From Bythopirellula sp. (lineage in GTDB: Bacteria > Planctomycetota > Planctomycetia > Pirellulales > Lacipirellulaceae), in NCBI GenBank assembly GCA_965216565.1, contig OZ244170.1, positions 3,424,001 through 3,488,000 of the forward strand: DNA of 64,000 bases, in the 5' to 3' direction. Shown piece by piece: positions 29,831 through 39,901 of this stretch (its first letter is position 1; each line of letters starts with the position of its first letter). A model generated the notes under the pieces. That model made no database searches, was not told where the DNA came from, and saw only the letters and a list, made by a program, of their open reading frames with translations. The position numbers were made by a program, and so were the translations under genes.

Positions 29831-31936
29831 TTGGCAGGCACCAAGCGAAAAAAGACCGTGGCAAACAGTTCGAAGAAGCCAGCTAAGAAGAAGCCCACCG
29901 CCCGAGCTAAATCGGCTAAGGCCAAATCGAGCGTTGGCGCTAACGGTGCCGCGCCCGTCAAACGCCGTACCACGGCCAAAGCAATGGCCGCCAAGCAACG
30001 GGATATCTCCGTCAGCGAGTTCTTCTCAAAAAACCGGCACCTGCTGGGATTCGACAATCCCCGTAAAGCGCTGCTTACCACCGTCAAAGAAGCGGTCGAC
30101 AACTCGCTCGACGCCTGCGAAGAGGCCGGAATCTTGCCCGAAATCTGGGTCCATGTTCAACAGACCGGCAACAATCGCTACAAAGTCGGCATCCAAGACA
30201 ATGGCCCCGGCATCCTTAAGAAGCAAATTCCATTGATCTTCGGCAAGCTGCTGTATGGCTCCAAGTTTCATCGACTACGCCAAAGCCGGGGTCAGCAAGG
30301 CATCGGAATTAGTGCCGCCGGCATGTACGGCGTGCAGACCACCGGCAAGCCGATCAAGATTATTTCTAAGGTGTCCGTACGCAAACCGGCCCACTACTAC
30401 GAAATTCAGATCGATACCAAAAAGAATCAGCCCAAAATCTTAAACAACCGTGGCGAAGGGCGCGACATCCCGCCTGGTGATAAGGGCGTGAAGGAGATTG
30501 AAAAGCATGGGATCGAATGGGTCGAGCAACCGCACGGCACCCGCGTAACGATCGAGCTGGAAGCCAAGTTTGTTCGCGGTCGCGGGAGTGTCGACGAGTA
30601 TCTACAGCAGACAGCTATCGCCAATCCCCATATCTCACTGCACTATATCGATCCGGAGGACTACGAATACGAATACGAACGCTCGGCTACCGTGCTGCCC
30701 CGGGAACCAAAGGAAATCAAACCGCATCCTTACGGCGTAGAACTTGGCCGGCTTGCCACAATGTTGGAAGATGCCGATTCGATGACGCTCTCGGAATTCT
30801 TTCGCACGAGTTTCTCGCGGGTCACACCGGCTGTCGCAAAGAAGATCTGCAATACAGCCAAGGTCAGCACCCGCAGCAACACGCACCGTGTCGGTCGTAA
30901 GGAGGTCGACTCCCTGTATCAGTCGATTCAGGATACGAAGATCTCCAACCCCGCCACCGACTGCATTTGTCCGATTGGCGAGGACCTTATTCTGAAGGGC
31001 CTGCACGAAGTGGTGCCTGGCGAATTCTACACTGCTGCCACTCGGCCCCCGTCCGTTTATCGTGGCAATCCGTTCCAAATTGAGGTCGGCTTGGCTTACG
31101 GCGGTACGGCTCCCACGCAGAATGTTACCAAAGAACTGCTGCTTGAGTTGCTTGATGAGACCGACGCCCGCACCGTACGGCAGTTTCTCATTCACACCTT
31201 CAACGGATTGGGAGGCGATGCAGCTGACAAAATCGTCAAAGCGGCAAGTCTCAGCACCCGGCAAAACCCCAGTAAACTGAAGCCGAAGGAGATCGAGAAA
31301 TTCTTCACCGCCATGAAGAAAGTGAATATCGCTGAGGGCCAGTCGATGGAAGTGATGCGTTATGCCAATCGTGTACCGCTACAGTTCCAACAGGCCGCCT
31401 GTGCCGTCACACAAACCGTCACCGGCACCAACTGGCGGAGCTATGGTTTGAGCCAGTCGCGAGGCTCCTTGCCGCGTGGGCCGGTTTCGCTGATGGTACA
31501 CATCGCCAGCGTTTGGGTGCCGTTCACCAGTGAATCGAAAGAAGCGATAGCCAACTATCCCGAGATTCAAAAAGAAATCCGTCTCGGTCTGCAAGCCGTC
31601 GGCCGCAAGCTAGGCATGTACCTGCGCCGACGATTGAAAGTAAAACAGCAATCCGATCGCCGCGAAATATTCATGCGGTACCTAAAAGAAGTCTCCAAAG
31701 CCGTGAGCGAAGTGAACGGTGCCAAGGAGAAGGAACTGTACGAACAGCTTGTCAAAGTCGCCAAACGCCGCACCGCAGAGGCCGACATGAAACTCGACGA
31801 CCGCGGCCGCCCCATTGAAGAGGATCCCACCGAATTGAACCTGGGCGATAACGTACTTATCGTCGACCCCTCGCAGCACAAGGCGGCGATCAATCGCGTG
31901 GAGATTGAAGAGGAAGAAGACGGCGAGGAAGAATGA
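29831..31936 (+). CDS. top6B: DNA topoisomerase VI subunit B
   Basis: [19 protein letters not shown] motifs [51 protein letters not shown]. Confidence 0.96.
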   Translation: MAGTKRKKTVANSSKKPAKKKPTARAKSAKAKSSVGANGAAPVKRRTTAKAMAAKQRDISVSEFFSKNRHLLGFDNPRKALLTTVKEAVDNSLDACEEAGILPEIWVHVQQTGNNRYKVGIQDNGPGILKKQIPLIFGKLLYGSKFHRLRQSRGQQGIGISAAGMYGVQTTGKPIKIISKVSVRKPAHYYEIQIDTKKNQPKILNNRGEGRDIPPGDKGVKEIEKHGIEWVEQPHGTRVTIELEAKFVRGRGSVDEYLQQTAIANPHISLHYIDPEDYEYEYERSATVLPREPKEIKPHPYGVELGRLATMLEDADSMTLSEFFRTSFSRVTPAVAKKICNTAKVSTRSNTHRVGRKEVDSLYQSIQDTKISNPATDCICPIGEDLILKGLHEVVPGEFYTAATRPPSVYRGNPFQIEVGLAYGGTAPTQNVTKELLLELLDETDARTVRQFLIHTFNGLGGDAADKIVKAASLSTRQNPSKLKPKEIEKFFTAMKKVNIAEGQSMEVMRYANRVPLQFQQAACAVTQTVTGTNWRSYGLSQSRGSLPRGPVSLMVHIASVWVPFTSESKEAIANYPEIQKEIRLGLQAVGRKLGMYLRRRLKVKQQSDRREIFMRYLKEVSKAVSEVNGAKEKELYEQLVKVAKRRTAEADMKLDDRGRPIEEDPTELNLGDNVLIVDPSQHKAAINRVEIEEEEDGEEE

Positions 31937-31938
31937 TT

Positions 31939-32075
31939 TCTCTCCAAGACGCCAAAAACGATTACGAGTTATCAAGTTTTATCCCTCTGATCTGACCAAC
32001 GAAATTATTTGTCGAAAAGACAGCTTTATTTTGACCTATATCTCGCCTTGGCGTCTTAGCGCCTTTGCGAGAGAC
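31939..32075. repeat. Inverted pair of 8-bp-period arrays between top6B and top6A
   Basis: TCTCTCCAAGACGCCAAAAACG versus CTTGGCGT CTTAGCGC CTTTGCGA GAGA. Confidence 0.6.
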
Positions 32076-32094
32076 ATGTCACCTGAGATTACCA

Positions 32095-33249
32095 ATGGCC
32101 AAGAAACGACCTACCAAAACCGCCCCCCAAAAACCACGCGTCAAACTCACGCCCCGAGATAAAAAGACGATGGTCCGGCTCAAGGGTCTTGCCGATCGGG
32201 TGGTGAACGCCGCCAATGCCCGCCGCGACCCGCACGTCGATATCCCTTCGCGTACACTGTCGAACGTGCGCTATAGCCCCCGCAAGCGGATCATTGAAAT
32301 GGGCAACGGCAAGAATCGCCGCCAGTTGTTCGACCTCTCTCAGGCGAAGGCATACATGCGGACGATGCTCGTGGCCGGCGGTTGCAAAAAACTGCTCGAC
32401 CAAGGAAAAACCACCAGCCTTCGAGGCATGTTCTACATGCTCAAGCACACGATCGAAGGTGCCAAAGAAAATACCTTCGACGAACAGAACGAGTGCGACA
32501 CGATTATCGAAGATGTCGAGGTGCTGCTCGATTCGATTCGTGAAGAGTTGCATCTTTATGCCGAGAATCGCGGGGCCATGGTCGGCAGCATCACGCTCAC
32601 CGACAAGGGCGACACGATCGATTGTTCGCGGATGGGCTCGGGCGGTTACGCGATTCCTTCGATCGTCGAACCGGAGGTTATACAGCTCGACCGCAAAAAG
32701 TGCAAAGCCAAGTTTATCCTGCATGTCGAAAAAGGAACGGTCTGGCAACGGTTCAATGAGGACCGCTTTTGGGAAAAGCATAACTGCATTCTCACACACG
32801 GTGCCGGTCAACCACCCCGTGGAGTGCGTCGGTTGCTTTACCGGATGCACAATGAACTGAAGCTACCCATCTATTGCGTCCTGGATAATGACCCCTGGGG
32901 CTACTACATCTACAGCGTGCTCAAGCAGGGATCGATCAACCTGGCCTTCGAATCGCAACGCATGGCCATCCCTGAGGCGAAATTCCTCGGATTGCGCAGC
33001 ATCGACTTTGATCGCTGCGAACTCTCCGACAGCGTCAAAATCTCGCTCAACGACAACGATCGCAAACGGGCCAAGCAGATCGCCAACTATCCCTGGTTCG
33101 AAAAAAAGAAACATTGGCAACGCGAAATCCAACGGATGGTGAAGAACGATTTCAAGCTGGAAGTCGAATCACTCATTTCCAAAGACATCAGCTACGTTAC
33201 CGAGACGTATGTGCCTGAGCGACTTGAGGCCAAGGATTGGCTAGATTGA
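32095..33249 (+). CDS. top6A: DNA topoisomerase VI subunit A (Spo11-like)
   Basis: TSLRGMFY catalytic Tyr region; TOPRIM VEK..V.QR, G.GQP, DNDPWG..I; KLEVESL. Confidence 0.95.
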   Translation: MAKKRPTKTAPQKPRVKLTPRDKKTMVRLKGLADRVVNAANARRDPHVDIPSRTLSNVRYSPRKRIIEMGNGKNRRQLFDLSQAKAYMRTMLVAGGCKKLLDQGKTTSLRGMFYMLKHTIEGAKENTFDEQNECDTIIEDVEVLLDSIREELHLYAENRGAMVGSITLTDKGDTIDCSRMGSGGYAIPSIVEPEVIQLDRKKCKAKFILHVEKGTVWQRFNEDRFWEKHNCILTHGAGQPPRGVRRLLYRMHNELKLPIYCVLDNDPWGYYIYSVLKQGSINLAFESQRMAIPEAKFLGLRSIDFDRCELSDSVKISLNDNDRKRAKQIANYPWFEKKKHWQREIQRMVKNDFKLEVESLISKDISYVTETYVPERLEAKDWLD

Positions 33250-33282
33250 GGGGCCAAGTGTTAGGAGATTGGGACTAGTGGA

Positions 33283-33313
33283 TTGAACAGGAGGACGCAG
33301 AGGACACGGAGGT
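33283..33313 (+). repeat. 9-bp-period array, left arm of a cassette
   Basis: TTGAA CAGGAGGA CGCAGAGGA CACGGAGG. Confidence 0.65.
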
Positions 33314-33326
33314 AGTTGGCTAACGT

Positions 33327-33755
33327 TCACTCATCGGGAGTAAGTTCGACTGCCACAGCCCAGTCTCTATTCAAGTTCGGACGCCTTGCTAGGATGGCTT
33401 CTGGAGACTTAGAACGTGAATGGGTAAGCAATTCCCCACCACTATTGAGTTCTCCAAATTTTAGTACTACCTTCAAAGGCTCGATGTCTCGGCGCCTTTT
33501 AAAGTGAAACTCCAGCTCAAATGGAGCCCAATCGTGCGGGCAATAGGCAACCCCGCAGACGACGATACTCAAACGGCTTGTTCTCTCGATCCTTAGCCCA
33601 ACTATTCCATCACACCAGATATCCCGTGACCTAGTGAATTCTATTTGATGCTCAAAGAATCCGCTTAAATAGAATTCGATCAGTAAGGAAAGCGGGCGAC
33701 TATCGCCGGACATGCCTTGCTGAGTATTCTCATCTCTGAATACCCATTGCCACAA
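33327..33755 (-). CDS. Hypothetical protein in an AT-richer segment; start uncertain
   Basis: 142-aa ORF from TTG; frame stays open about 27 codons further upstream; flanked by inverted arrays. Confidence 0.55.
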   Translation of the reverse strand: MWQWVFRDENTQQGMSGDSRPLSLLIEFYLSGFFEHQIEFTRSRDIWCDGIVGLRIERTSRLSIVVCGVAYCPHDWAPFELEFHFKRRRDIEPLKVVLKFGELNSGGELLTHSRSKSPEAILARRPNLNRDWAVAVELTPDE

Positions 33756-33883
33756 TTCATTGCAGATGCGTTCTTCGGTCGATTCAAAAGCTGGCTTGTC
33801 AGTATCAGCGAAATCAATACCCTCTGATTGAAAGAGTTATTCAAGATGCTTATCTATTGTAGCACAATATGATGGCACATCGT

Positions 33884-33925
33884 CCTCAGCGGTTCTCTGG
33901 CACCTCCGCGAACTCTGCGTTTCAA
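33884..33925 (-). repeat. 9-bp-period array, right arm of a cassette
   Basis: Reverse complement reads TTGAAA CGCAGAGTT CGCGGAGGT GCCAGAG. Confidence 0.65.
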
Positions 33926-33941
33926 AAAAGCCACTCATAGC

Positions 33942-35012
33942 TCAGCCCGCGCTTGCCCTGATGTGCGTCGGCAGGCAGTCAGTCGGACGCAGAACGCATT
34001 CGGTCGAGAGCGCAAGCAACGTTTGCTTTCGCTTCAAGTCTGCCTCTAGCGGCAGTTGCGCAACACCTAAGAGTCGCCGCATGATTTCGCAGCCGGCAAA
34101 GCCGATGGCGAGCGACCAATCAAAACTGTCCCCGACGCGATACTGCTCAAACACCGCAGTAAAGACGTCGGCCGACTGAGCGCTGAGATGCAAATGCGCG
34201 AGAAACACCCCTACATCGAATTCCGGCCGGCCGAAGAAGGCAAACTCTGGATCGATGATCGTCGCTCCGACGGGCGTCATCAGCCAACTGCCGGGAAAAA
34301 AGTCGCCGTGCAATAGACAGGGTCCATCGGAAAGATAGACATCGCCCAACGACTTCACTTCGGCCACATACTCCGGGGAACTTTGCAGATCGATAGCCGC
34401 CTCGGAGAGCCCTGGCGTTATTTCGTCCAGGTCGAGTCCATTGTTGGCCGCAAGAGGTAGCTCGAAAATATGTGTGTGATTGAGCTCACGCATGGCACGG
34501 TTTGCCAACCGTCGCTTGGATGGTGGTGAGAACTTGAGCCCGTGCAAATCGCTAAGCCACGTCGACAAAGTCGCCGTCAGCTCAGACGTCATCGGTTCGC
34601 CCTGATACGCACTAACAAAGTCGCAAGCCTCGCCAACATCTTCCAAAACCAGCACCCTCGACTCGGCATCCAGTTCTAACAGTTTTGGCATGCGCTCGGC
34701 CACCTGCTCGCATGGCGACGTGAGCATGTAGAATCGGGCCTCACTTAGAATGCGATCCTCTGGTGCGGCAATGTGCGGATACTTTTCTACCCAGGGCCGC
34801 GATTGCTTGACAATCAGCGAGCCATCCGCCAACCGAACCCGTAAAGTGCAATTCATGTTGCCTTCGCCGGCACGGTCGATCCACAGCAGCTTTTCAGCGG
34901 AGTTCAGCAAGCCGTGCTCGACTAGAAAAACCTGCAACTCCTCGGGGCGTTCCGCATCTAAGTAGAACTTACCCGGGTGCTGCGCTGCAAATTTGCCTCG
35001 TTGATTTTGCAT
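33942..35012 (-). CDS. Phosphotransferase, methylthioribose kinase (MtnK)-like
   Basis: GEGNMN; IVKQSRPWV; HGDFFPGS; IIDPEFAFFG..EFDVG; EIMRRLLGVA. Confidence 0.8.
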   Translation of the reverse strand: MQNQRGKFAAQHPGKFYLDAERPEELQVFLVEHGLLNSAEKLLWIDRAGEGNMNCTLRVRLADGSLIVKQSRPWVEKYPHIAAPEDRILSEARFYMLTSPCEQVAERMPKLLELDAESRVLVLEDVGEACDFVSAYQGEPMTSELTATLSTWLSDLHGLKFSPPSKRRLANRAMRELNHTHIFELPLAANNGLDLDEITPGLSEAAIDLQSSPEYVAEVKSLGDVYLSDGPCLLHGDFFPGSWLMTPVGATIIDPEFAFFGRPEFDVGVFLAHLHLSAQSADVFTAVFEQYRVGDSFDWSLAIGFAGCEIMRRLLGVAQLPLEADLKRKQTLLALSTECVLRPTDCLPTHIRASAG

Positions 35013-35194
35013 GTGGGCCTGATGAATGGACTGGGTACGACGCGAAGCTTTCTCGCTATTCTATTACTCAACCGTATCGTAACAGACCATTGGAAGCTAC
35101 TTCATTCTGTATGGAAGATCACCAATGTCAGGAAAACGAGTCGAATTGCCCTCGTTCATAGATTTTAATTTGAAGCCAGAAACTTGATGGGCGG

Positions 35195-35908
35195 CTAATT
35201 GTTCATTGTTGTGGTTATCAGCGTGGGGACAAGCACTGCGACCAGGATGGCCGCTTGAATTGCTTCGATGACCGAACCAGTCGCCTCACCCATGAGTTCG
35301 CCAGCCGCAATTTGCTCAACACGAGCTTTGCGAGATTTGATCTCTTTCTTGTCGAAGACCTGATTCAACAAACTGCCACTGCTGGCCAACGAAATGAGAA
35401 CGGTCGTACGGGCATCCACTTCCGCAACGTCCGAGAATATCGCATTACGCAGCCGCTGAATGATTTCATCTTCCGGCCCGGGATCGACCTCGGGATAGAT
35501 TTTACGAGTAAACAACAGCAGCACCTTGTGTTCGTCAGCCCGAAGAATCTCTCGTTCGCAAAGCTGACGAGCCACTCGATGCCGAATATCCTTGATGCCC
35601 GCCACCTGAGAAATCCAATGCTTCAGCGACTTGGGCTTCTTAGCACTGGCAATAAGCTCTACGCACTCATCAATAATCGGATCGCCCAGAGGGCTGGCAT
35701 CGAGAACCTCAACAATTTGCTTTCCTTCGGCGTCGATGGATATCCGCTCCTCCAGCAATAGTTCTGTAAGGATCGCGCCTGAAGTCATGTATTCAACATA
35801 GCCGTTGGCGCACGTACCCTCCTCATCGCGCAGTGCGAGGAGCATGATTTCTTCGTAGACGAATAATGAATGATTGCTAGTTGTCACGGCATAGTCCTCT
35901 GGAAGCAT
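35195..35908 (-). CDS. GPP34 (GOLPH3/Vps74-like) family protein
   Basis: EEIMLLALRDEEG; GA.L.ELLLE.RI; GDPIIDE; L.ER.IL....KVL.LF....YP; D.RT..LISL. Confidence 0.85.
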   Translation of the reverse strand: MLPEDYAVTTSNHSLFVYEEIMLLALRDEEGTCANGYVEYMTSGAILTELLLEERISIDAEGKQIVEVLDASPLGDPIIDECVELIASAKKPKSLKHWISQVAGIKDIRHRVARQLCEREILRADEHKVLLLFTRKIYPEVDPGPEDEIIQRLRNAIFSDVAEVDARTTVLISLASSGSLLNQVFDKKEIKSRKARVEQIAAGELMGEATGSVIEAIQAAILVAVLVPTLITTTMNN

Positions 35909-35948
35909 ACTGATTGTATGCTATTCGTCGCGATCAACGAAATATTGC

Positions 35949-36362
35949 CTAAGAAAAGACAACACGCCACAAGGCGCCACCTAGGATGACTGTGCCTAGG
36001 ACCGACGCACCGATGGTGATGATCATGACCGCACCACTGGCAATATCTAACGCATCGCGGACATGAGGGTTGTATTCGCGAGTGACCACTTTCGCGAGTC
36101 GTTCTACCGAAGTGTTCAAGAGTTCCACACTCAGCCCCGCCATCATGCAGAGCACGACGACGCACCATTCCATTTTGGTAATTCCCAGCAAGGCACCGGC
36201 TACAATCACACCGGCAGCGATGCCAAAATGACCGATGAAACTCTTTTCTTGCGATATGGCAATCCACATTCCGCGGAAGGCAACCGCGAATTTGTCGTAC
36301 CAGCTTATATCACCAACCTGGAATTCACCTTCTGAGTGCGATTTGTTCTGATTGTCATTCAT
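35949..36362 (-). CDS. dgkA: Diacylglycerol/undecaprenol kinase family protein
   Basis: F..AFRG......EKSF..H; ELLNTSVE; ALDIASGAV; three TM helices. Confidence 0.88.
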   Translation of the reverse strand: MNDNQNKSHSEGEFQVGDISWYDKFAVAFRGMWIAISQEKSFIGHFGIAAGVIVAGALLGITKMEWCVVVLCMMAGLSVELLNTSVERLAKVVTREYNPHVRDALDIASGAVMIITIGASVLGTVILGGALWRVVFS

Positions 36363-39300
36363 TACTCTAGTCCGAAGACGCCCGCTGGCGGGACTTCGAT
36401 TCCTGTTTTGCTGGTGAGCCTCAGCTTTGGCAAGAAACGTGGTTCGACCATAAACCGCACACCGACGTTGTCTTTGCTTTCGTCCACGTTAAACCCAAGT
36501 GTAACCAACATCGATTCGCCGATGCGAGTCATCGAGAACGTTTGCCCGATATTCCCTCCATCGCTGAAGTCGTAGGAGGCGCTTGCCGTAGAAATCCATT
36601 TTGGACTGAGCCGATAGCTATAGCTACCGGTGATCGAGTTGCTGGTAACGGGTCCGTTAATTGAGCGGACGCCCACATACGCATTCCCGCGAGAAGGACG
36701 ATTCAGCAGCACACCCCCGGAGATCATCCGCAGTCCATCTCCAAAGAAGTCAGCAGCACCATCGGAAAGCACGGTAAATCGGTCGCCCAAGTGCCAACGG
36801 ACGTCGTAGTCGAACAATCCAAACTCTTGACCAAAGTTGTCTCGACTTGCCTCAGGAAAATAGGTGAGGTTGCTGTCTACTGTTAGCCAATCCACCAGGT
36901 GCTGACGTCCGGGTCCGCCGCGTTTGGTTTGCCAACGATGGTGCATGCCGGTACGGAGTGCCATGAGATCGTCGGCAATCTCGGTACTTGGCGATGTCAC
37001 CCACCCCTGTTGTCCACTGCGAAACGCGTAGAATCGAGGATCGAAGCGGGCGTCCATCGGCGCTAACGGGAGCGTCGGATCAAGGCTCCCATCAAACAAC
37101 CGACGGCGGAACTCGATGATCGAGAGATCGTCCAGCGGATCGTAGAGAGTCAAATCGCCAATATCCTCGTCGGCATCCGCATAGGAAAATTCTGCATCGA
37201 ACGTCACCTTATGTGCAAGCCCGTTGAGGTTGAACAGTGTATCCTGAACCTCGGGATAAACAGCCCAAAACGGCACGCTCGCCCGTACACCAGTGTGAAC
37301 ATACGCCCGCTGCAATTCTTCGCCATCCAGGGCCTGCCCCCAATGGGCCAATTCGCCCAGTGCGAACGGCACGACCTTCACCGGACCAACTTCTAATGGT
37401 AGATCAATTTCCTGTCGAGTGACCAGTCGCTCGCCTTCCACGTCTGCTTCCCAAGGCAACACCGCAAACTGGTCCGCCAGGATTGCATCCACCGGCGCAT
37501 CGGCAACATTGATGTTCGCGTACGCGGCTTGAGAATGTTCGAACCATGTCAATCGATCGCCCAATAGCGATTCGCCCAGCCAATAATGATCGACCCGCGG
37601 CAACCACTGGGTTTCGGTGAAAAACTCATTCACTTGGGCGTTGGCTTCGATCGACAACGCACGGTTATCAGCCAAGCGCTTGAGCCGGAGGCCAGTGCGC
37701 GGGTCCTTATGTTCGTCCCACTCTTGTTCGTAGAATTGTTCCAGGAAAGTACGATCGCTGAGCCAGCCTACTTCCCCGGTCAAATCCCAACCGTTATCAA
37801 ACCTTTGTCGATGACGCCCAAATAGTCGGAAACGATAATCTTCTTCAGGTACGATTGGCGAACGACCCCGTCCGAGATTGTCGAAGCCATCGTCCTTGAT
37901 GCCCCAGAAATCCCAGAGCCCTTCGGCGGGACCTTCGTAGCCCAGGGCATCGGTGCGATCGTATTCGAACGTCGCCCCGTGACCGACGCCGCGGTCACTG
38001 AGATAGTCTAGGCTAAGTCCCAAATCTGTTCCCGGCGGAGGATTCCGGACGCCAAACAGTTGGTAGGCATCCAGGTCGACTCCCAATTGAGTCCCAAAAA
38101 TGTTGTCGTTGCCCACACGTACTCGATCGATGAAGAACGAGGGCTTGCTAAGATCGGTGGCAATCGTCGGCCAATAGAAAACGGGGATGCCCCGTAAGTA
38201 GACAAAATTGCCACTGCTCTCGGCCATTTGACTGTGATTGGCCACTACCTGCCCGGTACGTGGATCGAAATCTTGTCGTTGAACGTCCTGAAAGGATATC
38301 TGGTTCGCACCAAAGTGATACGCCGGCTCTTCCAGCCGACTGGTTGTGACCAGCGCGTTGGTCGCAGTGAAATGCGATTCATCGAGTTGACGAATGGCAG
38401 CCGCCTTAAGCCGCACGAGCCCTTGGTATTCCTTGTCTTCGTACCGAGGCAGCGGCGTCAGCATCTCGGCATTGAGTATCACCCCAATCTGCCGACGAAC
38501 ATCGTAGAACATGCGGTCGGCATAGATCACGCGATCGCCCTGCCGGAACTCGATGTTGCCCTCCATGTAGATTTCCAGCGGGGCATTTTGGGTTTGGAAC
38601 GACTCGGTACCAAATCCACCCCCACCATCGGCAGTCCAGATGACGGCACGGTCGGTGGTGATATCGATCGTTCCCAACGGGCCAAGAGCAGCGGTAATGT
38701 CTCCGACTGGCAAGCCTTCCACTAAAACGCGGATCCCACCGGAGATGACCACCACTCGCCCGCCCGTTTCCACCACGCGCGATTGAATCTCGGGCGAAGA
38801 ATCGTTACGCGGAAACATTTGCAGACGACGCATTCCCGGGGGCAACGGCTGACTCTCCACAGGGGCGGGAGTCATGCCCGTAAACTGTGCCAGCATCACT
38901 TGTCGGCGCCGCTCCGGATCGAACTGCGCCAAGCCGCGATCGTACACGGCTGGGCGAACCGTTGGCTCTGCCGCAGGAGGAGGCACTTTTAGTCTAGGTG
39001 CCGGAAGTGTAAGCGTGCGATGAAACCATGTGGAGGCGGTTTGTCGACCGAGCTTCTTCGCTTGCTGGCTATTCTGTGCCGGTTGACGATAGTCAACTTC
39101 GATCTTCTCGCCTTCGGGGGCCTCCATGTAGGTGATCACCTTGGTCGGAGCGCCCGGACCCCCACTGCGATCGATCCAAAGAACCGCTTCGGGTCCACGC
39201 GCGTAGGTCAAGCCTTGGTGCATGTAACAGTTGCCACGCAGATGCCACACCTCGTAGGCGCCCTGTTGCCAACGACAGCTCCAGTCGGCCGCAATCGTCA

Positions 39301-39472
39301 CTGGCTGCGTGGGGTCGGCAGGCGTACCGCCAAGATCGTCAGCACAACAAGGAATTCCAAGAAGAAGCGCGAGAGCCATGGACATCGCCAGGTGAGCGCA
39401 CCAGGAGACACTCCGCTCAAGACGGACCCTCTCCAGCCAACGCGATTCCTTTCGCGCAGTGATGTTCGGCAT
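36362..39472 (-). CDS. lptD: LptD/OstA-like outer-membrane beta-barrel protein; start may lie downstream of 39472
   Basis: OstA-like EGNIEFRQGDRVIYADRMFYD; PVFYWP; LDYLSDRG.G.G; SDRTFLEQF; long amphipathic beta C-terminus. Confidence 0.75.
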   Translation of the reverse strand: MPNITARKESRWLERVRLERSVSWCAHLAMSMALALLLGIPCCADDLGGTPADPTQPVTIAADWSCRWQQGAYEVWHLRGNCYMHQGLTYARGPEAVLWIDRSGGPGAPTKVITYMEAPEGEKIEVDYRQPAQNSQQAKKLGRQTASTWFHRTLTLPAPRLKVPPPAAEPTVRPAVYDRGLAQFDPERRRQVMLAQFTGMTPAPVESQPLPPGMRRLQMFPRNDSSPEIQSRVVETGGRVVVISGGIRVLVEGLPVGDITAALGPLGTIDITTDRAVIWTADGGGGFGTESFQTQNAPLEIYMEGNIEFRQGDRVIYADRMFYDVRRQIGVILNAEMLTPLPRYEDKEYQGLVRLKAAAIRQLDESHFTATNALVTTSRLEEPAYHFGANQISFQDVQRQDFDPRTGQVVANHSQMAESSGNFVYLRGIPVFYWPTIATDLSKPSFFIDRVRVGNDNIFGTQLGVDLDAYQLFGVRNPPPGTDLGLSLDYLSDRGVGHGATFEYDRTDALGYEGPAEGLWDFWGIKDDGFDNLGRGRSPIVPEEDYRFRLFGRHRQRFDNGWDLTGEVGWLSDRTFLEQFYEQEWDEHKDPRTGLRLKRLADNRALSIEANAQVNEFFTETQWLPRVDHYWLGESLLGDRLTWFEHSQAAYANINVADAPVDAILADQFAVLPWEADVEGERLVTRQEIDLPLEVGPVKVVPFALGELAHWGQALDGEELQRAYVHTGVRASVPFWAVYPEVQDTLFNLNGLAHKVTFDAEFSYADADEDIGDLTLYDPLDDLSIIEFRRRLFDGSLDPTLPLAPMDARFDPRFYAFRSGQQGWVTSPSTEIADDLMALRTGMHHRWQTKRGGPGRQHLVDWLTVDSNLTYFPEASRDNFGQEFGLFDYDVRWHLGDRFTVLSDGAADFFGDGLRMISGGVLLNRPSRGNAYVGVRSINGPVTSNSITGSYSYRLSPKWISTASASYDFSDGGNIGQTFSMTRIGESMLVTLGFNVDESKDNVGVRFMVEPRFLPKLRLTSKTGIEVPPAGVFGLE

Positions 39473-39615
39473 CTCTTTCTGGCGCGAACGATTATGGCAA
39501 ACCAGCTTCGTTTGCCCACGCGGATAAATCTTTCCGCGTGATGGAGTCGTGTGCGCCCAACGACAAGCAGTGCTTCGAGTTACGTAAACTCACGGTCCCC
39601 AAAATAGGGCGGCGA

Positions 39616-39645
39616 ATTATAGGTGCCGGTCAATCCTAGGGTCAA
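39616..39645 (-). promoter_or_regulatory. Sigma-70-type promoter of lptD-dgkA-GPP34
   Basis: Minus strand TTGACC-18 nt-TATAAT. Confidence 0.6.
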
Positions 39646-39901
39646 GGCACCTTCATCGACTGATAGCAGAATGTAAAGCCATTCCTGCCAATGACTTACA
39701 GTGGTCATCCGGGACCCAATTCTGCTTGAGCGTTGCGGCCTACCCCACGCCCCAGAATCTGACGGACTCAGCAAAACTCCGCCCAATCGTTCATGCATTC
39801 ATCGGACCGCTTAGGAGGGGCTAGTTTTCCTGCCAAGAATTGCCGACTATGGCAGGCGAGTCTGCCCGCCCCGCCCTTCCCTCCCAGCGACTACGGAACC
39901 G

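Noticed and set aside
33243..33284. Additional 7-bp array after top6A
   Set aside because: Too degenerate to distinguish from chance by eye.
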